Assembly: GCF_964355755.1 (NCBI RefSeq)
Contig: NC_092670.1
Location: forward strand, 8,856,201 to 8,920,200
Length of the DNA stretch: 64,000 bases
DNA from: Antedon mediterranea
Lineage: Eukaryota > Animalia > Echinodermata
Reading direction: 5' to 3'
Positions 40,531-53,908 of this stretch are shown here, in pieces. The notes below the pieces were generated by a model. The model was not told the DNA's origin. It did no database searches and saw nothing but the letters and a program-made list of their open reading frames with translations. Position numbers and translations under genes: made by a program. Numbering within the stretch: the first letter of the stretch is position 1; every line of letters begins with the position of its first letter.

Positions 40531-41823
40531 GATTTTGTACCAAATTTTTTAATAGATGTTAAAAAAATACCAAGTTACTGTACAATAATATATACAACAA
40601 GCATAGAAGGAATTACTGATAGCAGCCATGTCATTTCTTTAACAGTTAATAAATAATTTGCATATTTATTATTATAATATTTGTTTACATAATTCTGGAA
40701 TTATGACAACCTGGTCAATTACTTAAAAAGTGCAGACTATTACCCCCTGGACAACTACCACCCAGAAAACTGGACAACTACCACCCAGAAAACTGGACAA
40801 CTACACCCGGGGCAACTTATCCCCTGGCGATGGCTATCCAAATAGAGTAGTTTTGTCTTCAGTGCTTACTTAAATAGTTTAGTAGTCTATTTTTAAAATG
40901 TTCAGGTGATATATTTTTAATCATTAGAAATGGGTATTTTTTGTAATGTAACATGTAATCATTAAAACTAAAATCAAGTAACTCTTCTTTGCACCAGTTT
41001 TTACAAATAAAAGCAAAATAATATTGTTAACATAATACGTATATATGTCATACATGCCAACATCTGAATTAAAACATAACGGGTGGTGATGTGTGTTTTT
41101 AGATCCTCTATTTATTTTTTAAACCAGGAGAAGGAGTGCAGTGTGTGACAAGCCGTATCGCGTGGTGGCTATGTGAGGGGAATCGAATCGGGGGAAAATT
41201 ATGACCGCAAATGGTTGTACAATGGCTGAAATATCATAAATACACTTGCGTATCAGCTTTTTTATATTGAATGCAGAAAACAACACAACACATACAGTAC
41301 ATAACAATTCAGTTATCTTTATAATCCGAGAGAAAATGTGGGAATTCGAGAGCACGATGTTAGGCCGGGAGATGAGTCTAAAATACGGAGTCTCCCAGTG
41401 TTGGTACATGTATGAAGGTAGGTCATTTGATATCAGTACAGTAATATCATAAGTTTGTTTCTATTGTAAGATTCACAACTCCTTCCGGAATGAGCTTACT
41501 AAGAGGTGATGTTGGAATGTCTTTCTCACTAAATCCGTATGGATCACTTGAATTATTATGATAATACTTTTCTCTTGCAATTTCTAATAATTTTGCCGCT
41601 TCTGTTCGTCCACTTTCATAAACCATCTTCGAAAGAAACCCGTCCTCTTTTTGTAGGAGAACGTACGGTTCATCAAATTCAGCGATTTTCCCTTCATCAA
41701 GAATCTGAAAAAGTCGGTACAATATTATTTCTTTAAAAACCAAAATAAACTTTTTGGATGCAGAACTGAATTTTGCATGCTGGCAACTGACAAGAACTAT
41801 ATCATATATTTCCGATAGCCTAA

Positions 41824-41981
41824 AGCTCTGTCTATACTATCAAAGCTAGTTTGACAAAAAAAGTGTGGCCAAATATGGTAGTGATATGCTTAAATATGGT
41901 ACTAATAATGACATCAACATGTCCATATTTGGGCACATCACATTTTGTTGTCACATAAAGTTTGATAGTGTAGACAGAGCT
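41824..41981. mobile_element. MITE family A, full-length copy
   Basis: TIR AGCTCTGTCTATACTATCAAA / TTTGATAGTGTAGACAGAGCT. Confidence 0.85.
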
Positions 41982-42044
41982 TATTATGAAACTAATAGAA
42001 TCCAAAGTTAAACAAATTTAATATCGTTTTCAAGATGGCCATAA

Positions 42045-42408
42045 CAGTGGATCTAGCTGGTGGTAGCACTATTATTTATCAACTTTGTTTTGCAAGGGTT
42101 GCTCTAACAGCTGTACTACAGCAGTACAGCTCTTAAAAACAATACAAAATATACAATAGACGACATTCATAACATAACGATACAAGAGGATTCATAAAGT
42201 TAAAATGCAGATTAAAAAATAAATTAGAAAAATGTTAAAATTCCTTAAATTTCATTAAAATATAAAACTTTAAAGTTCATATAAAATGACGTTGGTACCA
42301 AATATTGGTTATTTTATTGCTTATCTTTGAGATATAAATTTAACTTAACTTAGTATTAATATTATGATGTTAGCACTCCGACATTTAAGAAATCCTGGAT
42401 CAGCCCTG
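42045..42408. mobile_element. Old hAT-like MITE
   Basis: CAG...CTG termini with GGATC subterminal inversion; imperfect 8-bp TSD GGCCATAA / GGCCATTG. Confidence 0.5.
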
Positions 42409-42448
42409 GGCCATTGCAGGGAATACTTTTATTAAAAAATGAAAATTA

Positions 42449-42631
<183 letters not shown>

Positions 42632-43071
42632 TTATTATTTCACTTCATTGACTGACTGGATCTTCTGGCTTGGCATTTATCAATATTTGCTTATATTTTT
42701 GCTTAAGCTGAAATGTTTAAGCCTATAACTTAAGCTTATAAGCTTATTTATCAAACCGTCTTAGCAGAAAAATTGTCTTAAAATTTAAATGGTAAATTTT
42801 ACTTGGCGCATGTACAAAACACTAATATTAGAGGGCAGCAAAAAATCTTTGCTTACACATGCACAATAGCTTTTTTGTTTTAGCGATGGCGACTGTATAA
42901 CATTTCACCTCAGCACGGCCGCTCCACCTCAATGCTTTCACTACTGGTTACTATGCTTTTTTAACTTAAAATAGTCGGAAATATATACGAAAATCATTGG
43001 CTCTAAACTCAAATCAAAATAAATGAGCTTAAATTTATGCAATATAAACTACTAAATATTTTTTTTAATTA

Positions 43072-43257
<186 letters not shown>

Positions 43258-43265
43258 TTACTATA

Positions 43266-43409
43266 CTGTCTACACTATCAAACTTTATGTGACAAAAAAA
43301 TGTGATGTGCACATATATGGACATGATGATGTAATATCAATACCATATTTGGAAATATTAATACCATATTTGGGAATATCACATTTTTTTTTATAGTGTA
43401 GATAGAGCT
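43266..43409. mobile_element. MITE family A copy
   Basis: CTGTCTACACTATCAAACT...ATAGTGTAGATAGAGCT then TAA. Confidence 0.8.
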
Positions 43410-43573
43410 TAAAGAGAAAGATGATTGCAAAAGCAAATATCATATTCAAATAATCTACTGTAAATTTTACACACAAAATAAAAACATGAAAACATTTTCA
43501 TCCTGGTTTAGATTTAGTAATGAGATAGAGTTCATGTATTGTAAACCATGAGTAATCGGCATGTAACACACAA

Positions 43574-43615
43574 CAACTGACGAAGTCTAGCTGACAGCTT
43601 GTCGAAACTGTCTTG
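43574..43615 (+). ncRNA. Hammerhead ribozyme-like motif
   Basis: CAA-CTGACGA-A-GTCTAGC-TGACA-GCTTGTC-GAAAC-T-GTC-TTG: intact core, 3-bp stem I, stem II with two mismatches; followed by (AAT)n. Confidence 0.45.
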
Positions 43616-43617
43616 AG

Positions 43618-43651
<34 letters not shown>

Positions 43652-44179
43652 ATAATAATATATTGTACAGTCAACCCTATTAGGTGGAGACTTTGGTGGG
43701 TCCCAAAATTGTCCAGCAGCCAATTTTCTTGAAACCACTGTTAAAAAAACCACTTCCAAATTAAACTAAAATTAAAACATCAAACCTCTTCCAAAGCTTT
43801 CCATAAATCACTTTCCGTATGGTCTCCAAAGAGATCGAGGTTCCTGCGAAGCGATCCGCTGAACAATACTGGATCCTACAAATTTAATGATGCAAGAAAT
43901 AAGTATGCCATTGCCATACTCAATGCCGTATGAAGATAATTTGTGTTGATAGACATAATGTATATTGGCGTAAGGTGGTTTCGCGAATGAACATAAAATC
44001 AAAACGGTACTGGGTATGATCAACTAGCGTTCTTGTCACCAACTAGGCATCCATTCATAGGAGTAATGTTGTAGCAGCCCATCTGTACGGCGACTATAGA
44101 ATGTGACCGAGACATGACTTACCACAACTTTTAGTTGATAGAAGATTTTGTTATGAAGAGTTGTACTGTACTATTCTAG

Positions 44180-46740
44180 TGAAATAGTCTCCGACGAAAA
44201 GGAAATGAACCAAATAGCCCTTGATTACTGGCAAACATTAGGTAAAACTAATTTGGCCGAAATTGATGAACGAACTAAACAAATTAATACCGACAATGAT
44301 GAATTTCTCTCAGATGTTGAATTGAATTTAGATATTGTTGAAACCGCAATTTTAAGGTCAAAGAACAATAAATCTCCTGGAATTGACACGATCACTAATG
44401 AAATTTTAAAAAATGGTGGTCAATGTTTGAATATGTCAATCCTTTCTTTATTTAATAGAATAATTGCTTTAGAAAAAGTTCCAAATGACTGGAATAAAAG
44501 TATTATTGTACCCGTTCATAAAAAGGGGGACCGCAGGGATCTTAATAACTACAGGGGGATTTCCCTTACTCCATGTATCTCGAAAATATTTAACCGAATC
44601 ATTTCAAACAATATTTCTGACTTTCTGGAAGATAAAAATGTGTTGTCAGAAGTACAGGGAGGGTTTAGACCTTCGCGACGATGTGAGGATCACATATTTA
44701 CCCTCAAAAGCATAGCTTCCTGTCGTCTGCTTGAAGGGAAAAAAACCTTCATGGCTTTCTTAGATTTTAAAAAAGCATTCGATACGGTTTGGAGGGAAGG
44801 AATGCTAATGGCAGCATGGAATATTGGGATTAGAGGTAGGCTATGGAAATTAATCGATAGTTTATATCACGATGTGCAAGGTAAAGTAAGATTTGGTAAA
44901 ATACACACTAAATTCTTTAATATTGATGGAGGAGTTAAACAGGGATGTGTTTTATCACCGACTTTGTTTTGTATTCTTATGCACGAGTTTACCAAATTAC
45001 TCAAAAAACATGATCTAGGTGTTCGTATTATAATGTATGCATGGGTAGCCTTTTTTGGGCAGACGACGTTGTACTTATGGCAAACAATGAAAATGATCTG
45101 AGTGAGATGCTCAATCTAGCATCTAAATTTGCAAAGTCATGGAAATTAAATTTTAATCATGAAAAGTCGAAGGTCCTTATTGTTGGACAGCGCATAAACA
45201 ATAAGATGTGGAAATTGGGCGATCAATATATTTCTGAGGTTGAAACCTATAAATATCTTGGTACTTACATATCAAGAAATATTTCAGATCATTTTCACAT
45301 CGACCAAATCATCAATAAAGGCAATAGAGTCATTGCTTATATTAAGTCAATTATAGACCGATTTGATAATTTTAGTAGAATTTTCTATGGTGACATTCTA
45401 TGGAAAACAATTGCTCTTCCTACAATAAATTATGCTTGTTCAGTGTGGGTTAGCCAAAGCAGGAAAGATATTGATAAAATTGAGTCACTTCAATTACAAA
45501 TGGCGCGGTACATCTTAAAAGCTAGTAGAAATACACCTAAAGAGGCCTTGTATGGGGATTTAGGGTGGGTTCCAATTAAAGTTATTCAAGATATATCTAG
45601 AGCCAAATTTATTAATTATGTAATGAACATGGATAAACACCGTTGGCCTAACTTTATGCTTAATACGTGTCTAAGTTCAACAAATGTAGAACCACGCTAT
45701 AAACTGATTCCCAGTTTTGCTAAGACGTGTGCGTCTATTAATATGGACATTGACTCAATTTTCGAAACTTCCTACCTTGGCAATGACCCTGATAGTCATT
45801 GGGTTAAGAGATTTAAAGAGTTGATGCATGACACAAACATTGCATTTTGGAAAAGTGAAATGCTAAGAAAATCGTCACTTCAGACATACTCTCTTATTAA
45901 GTCTAATCCGTGCCTTGAAAAATATTTATTGGATTGTACAGACTTTCTAGGATCTAGCCTCAAATTCAAACTACGTTCTAACACCCTTCCTTTAGGTCAC
46001 AGGAGTTGTAAGTGGCTTCCTGAATATGATGGTATCTGTAAAATGTGTAAGAATGGTTTAGAAGACATTCAACATTTTCTATTCACATGTAACCAACTCA
46101 ATGGCATAAGGATTGAAGAATATACCAAATTAGAATATATGTTAATCGATATCAATCATTTAGATGTATGGGAAAATTTTATCTCTGGTGACCTGAACAC
46201 CAAATTAAATCTTGTATTAGGTGGAACTGATAACTACTATCATTATATGTATGACGTCGATTCCATATCAAATATCTTTGATTGTTACTGTAAGCACTAT
46301 GTTAAAAGAGCTTGGGCACACAGATGTATTGTTCTAGGCGAGTAATGTTCATATCAATCAAACTAAATGATTGATATCTATCTCACTAAATGATTGATAT
46401 CTATCTCATTATAGTGTTAGGTCTACATTGTTGTTGCCCAATTCATTTTATATTGTACAGTTCCTACCTATTCTATATGTTTATTTCTTGTTATTTTGTA
46501 TTTTTAGGTGTCAGTTCAATGGTATTGTAGTTACTGTAGTTGAATTGTTTTGACATGTTGACCTACGTCGACTTTTTATTGTAATTGTTATTTTCTATAT
46601 CATGTTTTTTTTTTGTATATTTCTCTTGGATGCACCTTCCATTTGGTCGAGTGCCACTGTTGTAAAAGTGTAATCTCCAAATAAATTATTATTATTATTA
46701 TGGACCAGATTCCGAAATAAAAGATTTAATGAATGAATGA
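44180..46740 (+). mobile_element. 5'-truncated non-LTR retrotransposon (RT + C-terminal CCHC-type zinc motif), antisense in ABCC4 intron
   Basis: ORFs 44205-45101 and 45041-46345 joined by a frameshift near 45030; KSPGID, NYRGISL, DFKKAFD, GVKQGCVLSP, WADD, CKMC...HFLFTC; AATAAA(TTA)n and (GAAT)n tail. Confidence 0.92.
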
Positions 46741-46777
46741 AAGGTTGCATTATCAATATTTACAGTTCATAAAGTCA

Positions 46778-47005
<228 letters not shown>

Positions 47006-47293
47006 TTAATGCCAATTTACACAGACGAGGGGTCACGGTAAGCAGAAAACTGCATAGCATGTCCCACGCATAGCTTGTAAATGATCATAAGGAATAACAT
47101 AGATTTTATATTTTTATTACCGTCACCACTCATCTGTGTAAATTAGCCTTTAAAAGTACTTCAATTTAACATTTTTTACACTCGCAGCTACTGTAAGGAC
47201 TTTGTCGCTACGAAACTTTTGCATCTACTAATATTTTCTAGTGTTAGGTTAAATTCACGGCAACGCTATTCAGTGGTTGAAACCTGAACCTAA

Positions 47294-47453
47294 AGGTCTG
47301 TCTACACTGTCAAACTAGTTTGACAACAAAAATGTGATGTGTCCAAATATGGTAGTGATATGCACAAATATAGTGGTGATATGACATCATCATGTCCATA
47401 TATGGGCACATCACATCTTTTTTCACATACAATTTGATAGTGTAGACAGAGCT
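47294..47453. mobile_element. MITE family A, full-length copy with TAA TSD
   Basis: TAA|AGGTCTGTCTACAC...GTGTAGACAGAGCT|TAA, diagnostic of PIF/Harbinger TWA target duplication. Confidence 0.85.
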
Positions 47454-48259
47454 TAACACCAAATAAGTAGGTGTGAAAATGCATTTTTTAAATAATGAAT
47501 GAGGTTACCTTCTCTTTAGCTCGTATGCAACAATAAAGTCTTTTTAATACTGGTGGTCCACCGTCATAGTATGACAATGAAGCTCTTTCAAACTTTATGA
47601 TACCATACTGTACTTAGGCCAGTCTGGCGACGGTTTCAAGTCTGTCTCAAACGGCGCTTCAGGCTCAATGTCGGTGTATTCAATGACACGCTCAGTTGAC
47701 GTCATCTAAAGATATTTGTAATACAGTATGGATTTTTTTTCTTAAAGTTTTTTACAAATTATAATATGCTCACTCTGGTGAATGAGGGCAATTCTTATAA
47801 AGATTAAAATATAAGTCAATTAATGTTATGTCAGCACACATAAAACAAATAAGTAAGCCACAGTTTCAAATGAGCGCCTCAATCGAATAAGTAATCCAGT
47901 CTGAGAGTCAAATGTGTATTAAGTTGTCTACCATAATCTATTTAGAGTTACTTACGAAGTTTTCCAACTTAGCTGATTGTCGGACACCCCACTGGAAAGC
48001 TCCCATCAAGCTCAACGCATAACTCAATGATAAACCGACAGCGCCGGAATTGAGATTCTCATTCTCAGAAACTTAAAATAAATACAAATTATGGTTTTAG
48101 CAAGACCAGCTCAGAGCAAAATGTATGCAGTGAGCTTGTTTATATTGTGTTCGATACTCAAGTATTATCAATGTTTTTGCAAGGGTTTATAGATAGAAAT
48201 GTTTTACCTAGAGTTACATTTAAAGACCATATTATACTGTACTTTAAAAGCAATTTGTT

Positions 48260-48605
48260 CTTTGTTTTGTTTAGGCCGCCGATGTCGTGAACCACAATTT
48301 CAATTAGTTTTTACATTCATCTGAATGATGGATGAAACTAAGCCAGGACTGTTTGGTTGGTCCTATTATTGATCAAGAGCTTACCTTAACCAGAGGAAAG
48401 ACATAAGCCAATACGTCTGAGTCAGATACTAGATGCAGGGGCTGCCATAAGAGTTAGCAGTGCTGATTTAAAATGCCTAACGGGACCCCAGCTCCATAGC
48501 ACCCGATACTCTAATATGGTCTCCCATCCAGGCTCTAACCAGGCCCAACGTTACTTAACTTCGGTGATCTGACGAGAACCTGTGTTCTAACGTGTTTAGC
48601 CGAAA
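48260..48605 (-). mobile_element. 5S rRNA-derived SINE (SINE3-like) or 5S pseudogene with tail
   Basis: 48603-48495 reads GGTTCTCGTCAGATCACCGAAGTTAAG...GGTTAG...GGATGGGAGACC...GGGTGCT (5S A/C boxes), followed by ~230 nt unrelated body ending in AAACAAAACAAA. Confidence 0.7.
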
Positions 48606-49122
48606 GTAATTTAATATAACAAAATCTAATTACCACTCGATACAATCAGAGATCCAAAAGTAACCACTGCAACAAACATGACAGCTAACCAATCCAACCA
48701 GACACCAAAATACCTTGACGTGGTTAAAAACAAGTACCATGCCTGCGAGTGACGGTCCTGGTAAAACTCAAACTGATCCGTGAAAGACTGCTGTACCTGG
48801 AACGCTCTCACTGTACTTAAGCCTTGTAGCGTTGCTGATAAGTGTGAGAAAACTGGACTACATGCTATAAATAAATTGGATCTTTCAATAGTTTTTTAAT
48901 TGTGCGACAAAATGATCAATTTTAAAACCAGTTAATATTAACTAAAACAGAAAACAAACACATAAACAAAATCTAAAATGTTTAAAACATAAAAATGTAA
49001 GAATTTGGGAAACTCTATTTTTTCATAATGTGACCAGCCAATGGGTTGGTGACTATACTCAAACATCAATATGCACAGTATGTTGATAATGATGAGAAGA
49101 TAGTTCTGAAAAAAATATCTAA

Positions 49123-49217
49123 AGCTCTGTCTATCAAACTAGTGTGTTGTGATAGTGATATGACGTCCTCGTGTCCATATATGGGCACATCACTTTTTTT
49201 ATAGTGTAGACGGAGCT
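49123..49217. mobile_element. MITE family A, deleted copy
   Basis: AGCTCTGTCTA...GTGTAGACGGAGCT. Confidence 0.75.
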
Positions 49218-50201
49218 TTAAGAAAACTTACTTAATCCCTCCATTCGTTTGACATCACGAGATGTATGCAAATAATACAGCCTCACAAAAACGAAAACAA
49301 CACCAAGTGGTACAACAAAGATGAGAACAATTGGATTGAAGATGGCTACAGTAACTATGGCCCCAAAAACCATCAATGAAATCTGGTGACAAATGTAAAC
49401 ATAAATTTTAACATACATTTTTTTTTTGATGATGTTATAAATAATGTTAAGTTTTGATAAACGAAAAACCTTTAGGCAGCCCAAAAATGTCTGTTATACA
49501 GTTGAATAATATTACATTAGAAACTTGTCTGTTCAGAGGAGACCTTTAAGGGGATCCATTTTGGTCCTGAATGTGTCCCCTTAATAGAAGTTCTTCTAAT
49601 GTATACTGAATTCACAAATAATACCTGGACAACATGTGCTAATGTTAATGGAAGAAGATCGTCCATGAAACCAATATCTTTAGCAAATCTATTGAGAATT
49701 CGACCTAAAAACACACATTTAACAAATGATTATTTATATAAGATAATATAGGCCTATAGTCGACTTTCCAAAATCCTTTCACTCTAAAAAACGGAATATC
49801 TCCAAAATTAAACATATATTCAAATCTTACCAATAGGGTTTGTGTCGAAGAATCTCATTGGCGCTCTGACTATGGCTTGGAACATTTCATTATGCAAATT
49901 CTCAGAAGCATTTACCGCCAGGTTAAAGGTCATAAATGATCTGACAAAGCTCATAACAAACAAACCGGCAGTTAAACCGCAAAATATATAAATATACCAT
50001 TTTGAATCAAACTCTTCAACAAACGGCTCTGCAGTCTAAAATTAACAACAAAAATGTTTATAAATTAATGGTACACTTTGTTTATTTCATATACAGTACA
50101 TAATTTCCTTAGGAGAAGCAATAGATACAACCATATTAGAATGGTAAAGGTACTTAGTAGCTTAACTGAAAACTGAGGATTTTCTGATTAGGCCCTCTTA
50201 A

Positions 50202-50348
50202 GGTCTGCACTATCAAACTAGTTTAACAAAAAAAGTGTGATGTGCCCAAATATGGTAGTGATATGCTTAAACATGGTAGTGATATGACATCATCATGTGT
50301 CCATATATATTTTTTTGTCACATAAAGTTTGATAGTGTAGACAGAGCT
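50202..50348. mobile_element. MITE family A copy with TAA TSD
   Basis: TAA|GGTCTGCACTATCAAACT...GTGTAGACAGAGCT|TAA. Confidence 0.8.
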
Positions 50349-50837
50349 TAATGACCCATGGTAATTATTAAATTGTTAATAATAGTCTACAAATTAATGG
50401 TTAGCTAATTACTACACTTACAGCATTTGTTAAATTCATTGATTCATATTCAGAAAAGGCCAGTTCTTCTTGGTACACCCAGTAAGACAGCCACCAATCT
50501 GAAGCATTGAAAAACGACTAAAACCAAAAGAAAATGTTAATATAATTTTTTCATTTTTTTTTTTCATTTTATTTATCTTGTCAAGACAGAAACATAACAA
50601 AACATAACAAAAACCTGTGACGGTGACAGGATGAAACAGAAGCAGACTGAATTGCTGTATACATTTTCTCTGCCGTCACAGGTTGTTGTCTTTTTAACAT
50701 TAAAAAAGACAATTAATTTAATAAGTACTTACTTGTACTTTTGCCTAAAATATTTGTCTACTTTTATTTTATAAATTGTTGTATTGTTTGTGAAATTTAT
50801 AACTCATAAAATTCAATTCAAAGCTTTTGAGAAAAAA

Positions 50838-51413
50838 ACTAGAGCCAAGTACATAGGATTTCATGAGCAAAAAACAGAGCCAACAGTACATAGGATTTCA
50901 TGAGCAAAAAACAGAGCCAAGTACATAGGATGTCATGAGCAAAAACAGAGCCAAGTACATAAGATGTCATGAGCAAAAAACAGAGCCAAGTACATAGGAT
51001 TTCATGAGCAAAAAACAGAGCCAAGTACATAGGATTTCAAGAGCAAAAAACAGAGCCAAGTACATAGGATTTCATGAGCAAAAAACAGAGCCAAGTACAT
51101 AGGATTTCATGAGCAAAAAACAGAGCCAAGTACATAGGATTTCATGAGCAAAAAACAGAGCCAAGTACATAGGATTTCATGAGCAAAAAACAGAGACAAG
51201 TACATAGGATTTCATGAGCAAAAAACAGAGCCAAGTACATAGGATTTCATGAGCAAAAAACAGAGACAAGTACATAGGATTTCATGAGCAAAAAACAGAG
51301 CCAAGTACATAGGATTTCATGAGCAAAAAACAGAGCCAAGTACATAGGATTTCATGAGCAAATACTAGAGTCAAGTACAAAGGATTTCATGAGCAAAACA
51401 AAGAGGCAAGTAC
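50838..51413. repeat. 35-bp minisatellite, about 16 copies
   Basis: AGAGCCAAGTACATAGGATTTCATGAGCAAAAAAC in near-perfect tandem. Confidence 0.95.
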
Positions 51414-51590
51414 CTGAACTGTAATATTTGCAAGTGTAAAGAACATTAAGAAGCAAATACCGCCACCAGCAGCAAAGTAGCGTCTGTAAACCATGCTGGA
51501 CACGGTACCAACAGCCTTAGTCTCCTCCTCTTCACCCTCCTCTGCAAACTGAACACAAAAAATAGGCTTTATTTTCTGCACTTAGTCTAA

Positions 51591-51729
51591 AGCTCTGTCT
51601 ACACTATCAAACTAGTTTGACAAACAAAGTTTGATGTGCCCAAATATGGTGGTGATATGACATCATCATGTCCATATATGGGCACATCACATTTTTTGTC
51701 GCATAAAGTTTGACAGTATAGACAAGGCT
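51591..51729. mobile_element. MITE family A copy
   Basis: AGCTCTGTCTACACTATCAAACTAGTTTGAC with diverged right TIR. Confidence 0.8.
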
Positions 51730-51800
51730 ATAGCCTAATGTTTTCGAGTAATTGTTAATTACCACACCACCAAACAATGGAATTCGGTTTCTTTTCTCTC

Positions 51801-51868
51801 TTTAAACTATGTTAAAACAGAAATTTAATGTTTTTAAACATTAAATTTCTGTTTTAACATAGTTTAAA
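51801..51868. repeat. 68-bp palindrome (33-bp perfect arms)
   Basis: TTTAAACTATGTTAAAACAGAAATTTAATGTTT-TT-reverse complement. Confidence 0.9.
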
Positions 51869-52832
51869 AGCAACTTTTTTCAACTAGTAAGTAGCAAGTA
51901 CCATACTGTAGCCAGGAATTTTGCAGTAGGAGGGTTTGTTTAAAATAATAGGGCAAAATCCGTCAAAAGCTAGGCTAGTGAGGCTTTATTTTATGCTCCT
52001 GGTCTGTAGTTGAAAAAGGTAATTTCAGTCAAGAGGGTGGGGGTGGGGGTTCATTTGAACCATCAAATCCCACTGGCTACCGGCTTGACATTGTAATGTT
52101 TAAAATGAACCTGAAATGGATATTTTAATGGAACTGCAAATGATGCTTACTGTTGAATCTACAGATTCAGTTATAGATGTCTGTGAAGTGTACTGCAGCT
52201 TTTCTGACCCACATGTTGACCCCTGATAGCTAACTGAATCCTCGTTCTCGTCTTTACGCTCCTTAAGTAACGAAGAAAAATCAATTCCAGAAGATTGAAG
52301 TTCCTTATATGTTCCATATCCTGCAATCTCACCCTAAAATTATCAAAAAAGTGTAAAATTAAGTGCTGAACTCTAATATCCTATCTTTTGCATTATAATT
52401 GTTCATAAAACTGCCTATGTATAAACAGAACAGTACAAAAAGATACAAATATTATTAAGTGGACAAATGTATTAGTATAAGGTTGAACTTACGTCAGTCA
52501 TAACAAGAATCTTATCAACACTTTTCAAATATTGAAGTTGGTGTGTAACCAAGATACATGGTTTGTCTTTTAAACCATCTCTGATGCATCTGAAAGATTA
52601 ATAGAAATATTAATAAACACAACCAATCAAGTTGGAAGTTGTTTAAATTTACAAGAAGTGATCGCTTGGCTGGGTAGAATAGTTCACCCCCTCAAAATGA
52701 CCCCTAGGAAATAAGATGGAGTATTTTATTTGTGATGACCTATGACCTAGGTCATCACCTGTCCGAAAAAAATCAAAGAATCAAACACAATCTTGTATAA
52801 TACAATGAATCAATGACATAATAAATAACTCA

Positions 52833-53018
<186 letters not shown>

Positions 53019-53357
53019 TTATTAAAAAGACCGAAAAGTTAATATTGCAAATATACGTTTGCATACTGTACTTATTTGACATGATGTAAACCATTTGTCT
53101 ATTAGTTGATAAGACTGGATCAGTACACAAACAAACATACTTACTTTTTTTAAGGCACATATTTCAATCACATGGTTAAACTGCTCTTTATCGTATGGCT
53201 TTCCAAATAGAATGTTCTCTTTTACAGTGCCTGAGAAGACCCACGGTAGTTGTGATGCATAAGCTAGCCTGCCAGTAACCTCTACGGTGCCAGTCAAATG
53301 AGGAAGCTCTTTCATAATCCCCATCAACAAGGAAGACTAGAATATAAGTAAATAATA

Positions 53358-53490
53358 ATAAAGTCAGTCAAAATTAAGTCAGCCAATATTAATTCAACCA
53401 ATATTAAGTCAGCCAAAATTAAGTCAGTTAAAATTAAGTTAGTCAAAATTAAGTCAGTCAAATTTTAGGTCTGTCAGATTTAAGTCAGCC
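53358..53490. repeat. 15-bp tandem repeat filling a small ABCC4 intron
   Basis: AAAATTAAGTCAG(T/C)C about 9 copies. Confidence 0.85.
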
Positions 53491-53908
53491 ATACCTTGCC
53501 ACAGCCAACAGGCCCTACTATTGCCAATACCTCTCCAGGTTTTACTGATAGACTGATATTCTTTAGGACCATTGTCATAGAGGTTTCACCATTAACCTGT
53601 TGAATAAAAACAAAAACATAATAATTTCCTCATTTTGTCAAATGTTTATTGGTATTTACTCACTTTAATTCTATATAACAAAATACTGCTATGTAAGCAT
53701 ACAGATGTCAAATAGGTTATGAAAAATGAAATATACAGTATGTATTAAATAGTTAGTGTAAGTATATTTTATGTTAAAATATTTTTTTAAATATGCCAAA
53801 TTATAACCTACTTGGTCCCAGGAAGCCGAGAGATTTTCAACTTTCACCTGTATATCTTCTGACTTAGGTTGAAGGTTACAATGTTGTTTTTCAATGGCAG
53901 CTTGATCA

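Noticed and set aside
48495-48605. Functional 5S rRNA gene
   Set aside because: Single diverged copy, ends degraded, no T-run terminator, continues into a SINE-like body.
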